Positions 6,701 to 11,253 of a stretch of DNA of 11,253 nt are shown here, piece by piece. Both the position numbers and the translations under genes were made by a program. Source of the DNA: Candidatus Micrarchaeia archaeon (lineage in GTDB: Archaea > Micrarchaeota > Micrarchaeia > CABMEP01); the NCBI GenBank assembly GCA_038886535.1, contig JAVZXS010000017.1, positions 1 to 11,253 of the forward strand, read 5' to 3'. The first letter of the stretch is position 1. Each line of letters starts with the position of its first letter. The notes under the pieces are model-generated. The model was given only the letters and a program-made list of their open reading frames with translations, was not told the DNA's origin and made no database searches.

Positions 6701-8431
6701 GTGCAGAAAGTTTCGGGCATAATAATTCATCAGATAACAACACGAAGGGGGACTTGGTTTCAGCTCAGGAGCAGAACCTGGGTTTATGTTCCTGATATAA
6801 TTTCTTCCTTTTTGATTGGTTCAAAGGGAGAATTTGAGGGAGAAATCAGACGACAAAGGGGATGTAAGCCTTTTATTTATGTCAGGAATTATTCCATCCC
6901 TGAGCCCTTCAATATTGAAGAAGTAATAAATAAAGTAATGAGGTTACTTGAAAAAATAAATTTTAAAGCAATGAATCTTTTAAAGATTCAAGCAGTTTTA
7001 AATCTGCTTGTTTACTTATTTGTTATTGGCAAAATAGCATTAATCAAGAAACTTGCGAAGTGGAAGGCAAAAAAAATCATTGAATACTGTCATTATCCTT
7101 ACAGTTTTTATTTCAACAAACATCTTGATTTTCAGTCAACGAATCTAATTGCTAATGTTTTAATGGTGGAAGAGAGATATAAAATTTATCCTTATGCTCA
7201 TTTTATTCTTGTTGAGGCATATAAAAGTGGCAAGGAATTTTTAACTATTGAAGAGCTACATAAGAGGGTTTTAAAAGGGTTAAAAAATGAAATCACCCTT
7301 GAAGATTTAAGGCAGGAAATTGAAAATAATTCAAGGAAAATGATAGTTCTTTCAGGGGACAAGGCATATCTCAGTTCAGTTTATTATATGAGACAGAGAT
7401 GCCTTGATATTCTTGCAAATAAGAACCTTCCTTCTTTGAATGTATTTGATGGGTTACCGCAGCAGTTGAGGGCAATTTTACAGTGGAAATATAGTATTCT
7501 TACGGGGCAAGCAGGGACAGGAAAAACCACATTAATTAAGCAGTTGAAAAATTCTTCTTTAAACATAAAATTTACAGCTACAATAGGCAAAACAGCCAAA
7601 AATCTTGATGAATCAGCTACGACGATACATGATCTTCTTAATTATCCAAAATTTCAGATTAAAGAGATTGAAACAGATATTGTTGTGATAGATGAATCAA
7701 GTATGCTTACGTGGCAGTTACTATATCATGCATTAACAAAGATAAAGGGTCATATAATTTTTGTTGGTGATCCAGAGCAGACCTCTCCGGTGCAAGGTGC
7801 TGGAATTTTTAAGGAGATGATAGAAGTAATGCCAGAAGGTTCAGTAAAAAAACTTGAGACAGTTTACAGAACTGTAAATACGAAAAGGGAAATTATTAAA
7901 GCAGTTGATAGAAAAACAGCGATACTTAAGGTTATGAATCTGGCATCATATTTTGAGAAAAAGGGCTATGACTGGCAAATACTTACACCCTTAAAGAGGG
8001 TTGCTTATGACCTAAACAATAGGATTCAATATTGTTTCAGGGGTAATGGCTCTTCTGAACCGTTTAAAGTTGGTAACAGGGTTATGTTTTTAAAGAACTT
8101 AAGAATAGATGGAATGCTTGTAGCGAGCAATGGGCAGACTGGAACTGTAGTTGGTAGAGATGGTCAATACTATGTAGTTCGTTTTGGTGACAGATTGATT
8201 AACTGTCTTGAAGAAGAAATTGCCCTTGCTTATGCTATGACCATACATAAAGGGACAGGTTCTGAACATGATTATGTTATATGTTACATACCTTATGGAA
8301 TGGGTAAAAATGAAGAATTTTTCTCAGATGATTTAATAGAAGTTGCAGATACCCGGGCAAAAGTAAAGACAATTTTTATATGTGAAGATACCCAAACAGT
8401 ATCAAGGATTAAAAACTATGTCATGACATAG
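6701..8431 (+). CDS. RecD2/TraA-like SF1B DNA helicase
   Basis: Walker A GQAGTGKTT, Walker B VVIDESSML, motif III VGDPEQ.SPV, IV LETVYR, 2B 'FKVGNRVM..KN....NGQTG.V', V AYAMTIHKGTGSE, VI TRAK; RecD2-like N-terminal extension. GTG start uncertain. Confidence 0.88.
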   Translation: MQKVSGIIIHQITTRRGTWFQLRSRTWVYVPDIISSFLIGSKGEFEGEIRRQRGCKPFIYVRNYSIPEPFNIEEVINKVMRLLEKINFKAMNLLKIQAVLNLLVYLFVIGKIALIKKLAKWKAKKIIEYCHYPYSFYFNKHLDFQSTNLIANVLMVEERYKIYPYAHFILVEAYKSGKEFLTIEELHKRVLKGLKNEITLEDLRQEIENNSRKMIVLSGDKAYLSSVYYMRQRCLDILANKNLPSLNVFDGLPQQLRAILQWKYSILTGQAGTGKTTLIKQLKNSSLNIKFTATIGKTAKNLDESATTIHDLLNYPKFQIKEIETDIVVIDESSMLTWQLLYHALTKIKGHIIFVGDPEQTSPVQGAGIFKEMIEVMPEGSVKKLETVYRTVNTKREIIKAVDRKTAILKVMNLASYFEKKGYDWQILTPLKRVAYDLNNRIQYCFRGNGSSEPFKVGNRVMFLKNLRIDGMLVASNGQTGTVVGRDGQYYVVRFGDRLINCLEEEIALAYAMTIHKGTGSEHDYVICYIPYGMGKNEEFFSDDLIEVADTRAKVKTIFICEDTQTVSRIKNYVMT

Positions 8432-8477
8432 TTTTTCAGAGAGAAAAATTAATGATAAAAAAGGGGGATAGATAGAC

Positions 8478-9194
8478 GTGCAGGCAATAACAGAAAGCAA
8501 AATAACTTATCAAGATATATTTAATAGGGCTTTGTTATTGCTTAATCGTTCAGAGAAAGCCAAAAAAGACCAGATAATTGCCAACTTTCAACTTGGTGAG
8601 CTTGTAGCAGAGGTTCAGGATAATGCCAGTTATGGAGACGCTGCGGTAGTAAAACTTGCAGAGGATTTAACCAGAGCGAAGGGTTATCAGATTCATCCAG
8701 CTTTTTTATGGGGATGTGCAAGGGTATACAGGACGTTTAAGGGTAATCTTCAGCGAGTTTGGAAACTTGAAAAGGAACTGCAGCTAAGAGGGATACAGCT
8801 TAGCTGGAGATTTCTGGTCCGTAATTGCACGCCTATACCTGAACCTGAAAAAGTGCTTGAGGCAGAGGCATACTGGGAAAGACAGATAACAGAGTGGGAA
8901 AATACAGTTCAGGAAATAGAGGAAAAAGTAGAGAAAAAGGAAGAGGTTTTGGAGAGCATGCCACCTCTGGCAAAAAAGCAGTTTGAGGGTTTTGTGGTTA
9001 GGGTTGCAGGAGACAGTGCAGTTAAAGTAAAGTTGAATAATTTTGAAAAAATTAATAATATTTTAAACAAAATGGAAATTTTGTTAGACAGTTTATTATC
9101 AGAAAAGAGATACTTAAGAGAGGAAATAGTGAATCAGTTAAGAAGTATAAAAGGGAAAATTGAAACATTGCTAAACTTAAATAATGTTATGTGA
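8478..9194 (+). CDS. DUF1016 (YhcG) N-terminal-like domain plus coiled coil
   Basis: 'NFQLGELV.E.Q..ASYGDAAVVKLAEDL....G......L......YRTF....LSW' parallels the DUF1016 N-terminus; no PD-(D/E)XK domain follows; GGGGG RBS, GTG start. Confidence 0.65.
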   Translation: MQAITESKITYQDIFNRALLLLNRSEKAKKDQIIANFQLGELVAEVQDNASYGDAAVVKLAEDLTRAKGYQIHPAFLWGCARVYRTFKGNLQRVWKLEKELQLRGIQLSWRFLVRNCTPIPEPEKVLEAEAYWERQITEWENTVQEIEEKVEKKEEVLESMPPLAKKQFEGFVVRVAGDSAVKVKLNNFEKINNILNKMEILLDSLLSEKRYLREEIVNQLRSIKGKIETLLNLNNVM

Positions 9195-9195
9195 A

Positions 9196-9717
9196 CTACT
9201 CCATTTTATAGAAGATGGAGACTTCTTGCGAGAGTTTTGTTAAATATTTTTCTACTCTAAACTTTATAACATCTTGAGAAACTTGAAAAAATTTTGAAAG
9301 ACTGTTGGTGGAGCAATTCATATTTGTTATTTGTTTTAACTTATCTGTTGGCACCAGAAGTTCAGAGGCAAAAATATTAGCTTCTTTTTCCAACTTACCA
9401 TTTTTTAATTCATAGAGGTTGCCAATTTCACACATAATCTGTTGTTTTTTTAAGTGATTTAATACAATATGACCTATTTCATGTGCAATAGTGAATCTTT
9501 TGTGGTTGAAAGGTTTACTAATATTTACTCCTATTATATATGGATATTCAGGATTGTTAACTTCTATGACGAGCCCTGAAATTTTAGGAGGTAATTTTTC
9601 AAAAATAATAATAGCTCCTACAGCCTCTGCAGCTTTATATAGATTTACTGGGAAACTGTAAAGATTATTTTTCTTTAGGAAACCTCTTGCGAGAGCTCTT
9701 ATGCTTTCCTCTGTCAT
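9196..9717 (-). CDS. ImmA/IrrE-family zinc metallopeptidase (anti-repressor)
   Basis: 'RFTIAHEIGHIVL' (HEXXH), 'EKEANIFASELLVP', C-terminal 'LSKFFQVS....R'. Confidence 0.93.
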   Translation of the reverse strand: MTEESIRALARGFLKKNNLYSFPVNLYKAAEAVGAIIIFEKLPPKISGLVIEVNNPEYPYIIGVNISKPFNHKRFTIAHEIGHIVLNHLKKQQIMCEIGNLYELKNGKLEKEANIFASELLVPTDKLKQITNMNCSTNSLSKFFQVSQDVIKFRVEKYLTKLSQEVSIFYKME

Positions 9718-10360
9718 GAGTTTTCCTTTTATAAGCTTCTATAATACTAATTATACCATCGACAAGAGAATTTATATCTTCACTGGATAAATCTTCAAGA
9801 CTTCTGAGGAGAGAGGAAATTTTATCATATTTTAGGAGATTTTTTACGTTATCTGGTACGTAATTAGCAGCCAGAAGATAGTCATATACTGATTGATTTA
9901 GAGCCATAGCAAGGGCAACAACATCTTTTCTTGAGATAATTCCTCTATATTGGAGAATGTTGTTTATAATTTCTTTATTTATCCCTGAATTTTGTGATAT
10001 TTCGTCTATGTTTTTGTTTTCTAAATCCTTTTTAAGTTTTTCAACAAATTCAATAGGCATGCTTTCAGTAGGGATGATTTTTTCAATTTTTTCCTTTTCT
10101 ATACTATTCCTGGCTTCTTCAGCAATTTTTGAGAGAGCCTTTGCTGAAAGCAGTTGTTTTGAAATTTGAGCCTCTTCAACTTCATTTTCAGCCAGAGCGT
10201 GGGCAATTCTTCGAATCATATTATCAGATGGTAGTCTCATATCATTTGGGTTTTCAATGGCATAAATATATACATCTGTAACGCCTGCTTTTTTTGCAAG
10301 TTCCCGTGCTTTAATACCCTTTTTAAGCCTTATTTCTTTTAATAATTTTTTGAATTCCAT
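9665..10360 (-). CDS. XRE/ImmR-like repressor with a probable second HTH
   Basis: 'LKEIRLKKGIKARELAKKAGVTDVYIYAIEN.....PS......IA.AL'; second 'IDEISQNSGINKEIINNIL......S......LA.AL'. Start placed at ATG 10360 (MEFKK). Confidence 0.88.
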   Translation of the reverse strand: MEFKKLLKEIRLKKGIKARELAKKAGVTDVYIYAIENPNDMRLPSDNMIRRIAHALAENEVEEAQISKQLLSAKALSKIAEEARNSIEKEKIEKIIPTESMPIEFVEKLKKDLENKNIDEISQNSGINKEIINNILQYRGIISRKDVVALAMALNQSVYDYLLAANYVPDNVKNLLKYDKISSLLRSLEDLSSEDINSLVDGIISIIEAYKRKTHDRGKHKSSRKRFPKEK

Positions 10361-10368
10361 ACAAGAAA

Positions 10369-10398
10369 AGTATAAATAAAAAATCTCAAAAAAGTAAA
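10369..10398 (-). promoter_or_regulatory. Putative repressor promoter, near-leaderless transcript
   Basis: Minus strand TTTACT-18 nt-TATACT, ending 8 nt before ATG 10360; no Shine-Dalgarno. Confidence 0.5.
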
Positions 10399-10430
10399 TA
10401 TAAATTTCTTGTAACAATAAAAAGGAGGCA

Positions 10431-10460
10431 TTGACACAAACAAATTTATTTGTTTATAAT
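10431..10460 (+). promoter_or_regulatory. Consensus sigma70 promoter with palindromic operator in the spacer
   Basis: TTGACA (10431-10436), 18 nt, TATAAT (10455-10460); AAACAAAT-TT-ATTTGTTT inverted repeat at 10438-10455. Confidence 0.9.
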
Positions 10461-10489
10461 TTTAGAAATACTAATAAATGGAGGGGTAA

Positions 10490-11059
10490 ATGGATAATTC
10501 AATATTATTAGAAGAATATCTTGAAAAATATTCAGAAGAGGCTATGAGATGGTATGAGGACAAAGACATGAGAAATATAATTCAAAAGGTTATAAATCAG
10601 ATAAAGCAGTATAACAGAGTTTGTGATGAAGAAGATTACTGGTCAGAAGCGTTTTTAGCTTTACAGATTGGGGTAATAAAATATAATAAGTTTAGAAAAT
10701 ATTCAGTAGGTTTCTCCGAAAATTTCCTTGAGGAAGATGACGAGGAAGTCTATGAGTATCTGTCACGTAATCCCACTATGAAATTTCAGACATTTGCTTA
10801 TTGGTATCTACAAAAAAGACTTTATAAACTTGCAGATATGGGAGATGTTGAATTTATTGTTTCTGTAAATGGAACTGATAACATAATTTCTGCTGAAGAA
10901 TATTATAAAAACAGACATAAATATAATGGTAATGCGAGGTCAGTGCAGAGAGTTTATTCATTTACTGAGCTCGAAGTGGAGAACGATAGAGGAAAGGAAT
11001 GTTTCGAACCTGTGAGTTATGAAGATTTTATTAATATAAAAAGAAACTGTAGGGGGTAA
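10490..11059 (+). CDS. Sigma70 region-2-like protein with no evident region 4
   Basis: 'DEEDYWSEAFLALQIGVIKYN' resembles region 2.2 (eDL.qEg.igL..av.kfd) and 'KFQTFAYWYLQKRL' resembles 2.3-2.4 (kFstYA.wwIr..i); GGAGGGG RBS. Confidence 0.65.
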   Translation: MDNSILLEEYLEKYSEEAMRWYEDKDMRNIIQKVINQIKQYNRVCDEEDYWSEAFLALQIGVIKYNKFRKYSVGFSENFLEEDDEEVYEYLSRNPTMKFQTFAYWYLQKRLYKLADMGDVEFIVSVNGTDNIISAEEYYKNRHKYNGNARSVQRVYSFTELEVENDRGKECFEPVSYEDFINIKRNCRG

Positions 11060-11063
11060 TAAT

Positions 11064-11253
11064 ATGGGTTTAGTGACAGTTGATGAATTTGTCCGAAGTG
11101 GCAGGCTACCAATGGTAAAAAATAAGCATGATGTATATATGCTTATCAGAATGGGTGGACTGAGAGCGATAAAACAGGGAAGAAGGACATATATTGTTAC
11201 TGATAACTCAGATATTGACAGTATAAGCCAGAGTAAGGAAGAAAGAAACAAGA
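11064..11253 (+). CDS. Excisionase-like HTH protein, partial (runs off the window; absent from ORF track)
   Basis: AGGGGG RBS, ATG 11064: MGLVTVDEFVRSGRLPMVKNKHDVYMLIRMGGLRAIKQGRRTYIVTD...; 'VY.LIR.G.L.A.K.GR...I' is the HTH_17 wing pattern. Confidence 0.7.
   Translation, partial: MGLVTVDEFVRSGRLPMVKNKHDVYMLIRMGGLRAIKQGRRTYIVTDNSDIDSISQSKEERNK

Larger units (their letters stand above)
1..11253. mobile_element. Backbone segment of a conjugative plasmid or ICE
   Basis: ImmR/ImmA pair, multiple Xis-like HTHs, RecD2/TraA helicase, VirB1-like transglycosylase, repeat array, no housekeeping genes. Boundaries, integrase, relaxase and T4SS core are not in the window. Confidence 0.7.

Noticed and set aside
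6422..6730. 102-aa ORF with DYNPKNGILI(H/R)VT repeats
   Set aside because: Open because the unit is a multiple of 3; near-zero variation between units and DNA-level palindromy point to a DNA element; overlaps the helicase start on the opposite strand.
1019..10169. Shadow ORFs 1019-1309, 2960-3298, 3341-3532, 4437-4634, 7384-7599, 9957-10169 and the 5' part of 2540-2791
   Set aside because: Antisense to or overlapping motif-supported genes, with the F/S/L-rich composition typical of reverse frames in AT-rich DNA.
10958..11251. 97-aa minus-strand ORF
   Set aside because: Shadow of the sigma-like gene and the RBS-supported HTH ORF at 11064.

Overview
AT-rich backbone segment of a mobile element (conjugative plasmid or ICE); no housekeeping, rRNA, tRNA, CRISPR, integrase or Rep genes are visible. 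A roughly 850-bp non-coding hub (5850-6700) holds three perfect hairpins, an AT-rich tract, a near-consensus DnaA box and 4.8 tandem copies of a 39-bp nested-palindrome repeat, and is a candidate origin or partition site. Leftward genes: three excisionase-like HTH genes (one missed by the ORF track), a YdjM-like hydrolase, an accessory block (small ORF, GNAT, frameshifted membrane gene), an N-terminally truncated NusA-like S1-KH-KH protein, a possible AcaB/DUF1845-like regulator, a VRR-NUC nuclease and a VirB1-like lytic transglycosylase. Rightward genes: a RecD2/TraA-like SF1B helicase and a DUF1016-N-like protein lacking the nuclease domain. At the right end an ImmR/ImmA-type switch faces a consensus promoter with a palindromic operator that drives a sigma70 region-2-only protein and another HTH protein. 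The best candidate for an undescribed system is an element-encoded, protease-triggered transcription kit (half sigma factor, HTH partner, NusA paralog). All family calls come from motif recognition by eye, not from searches.
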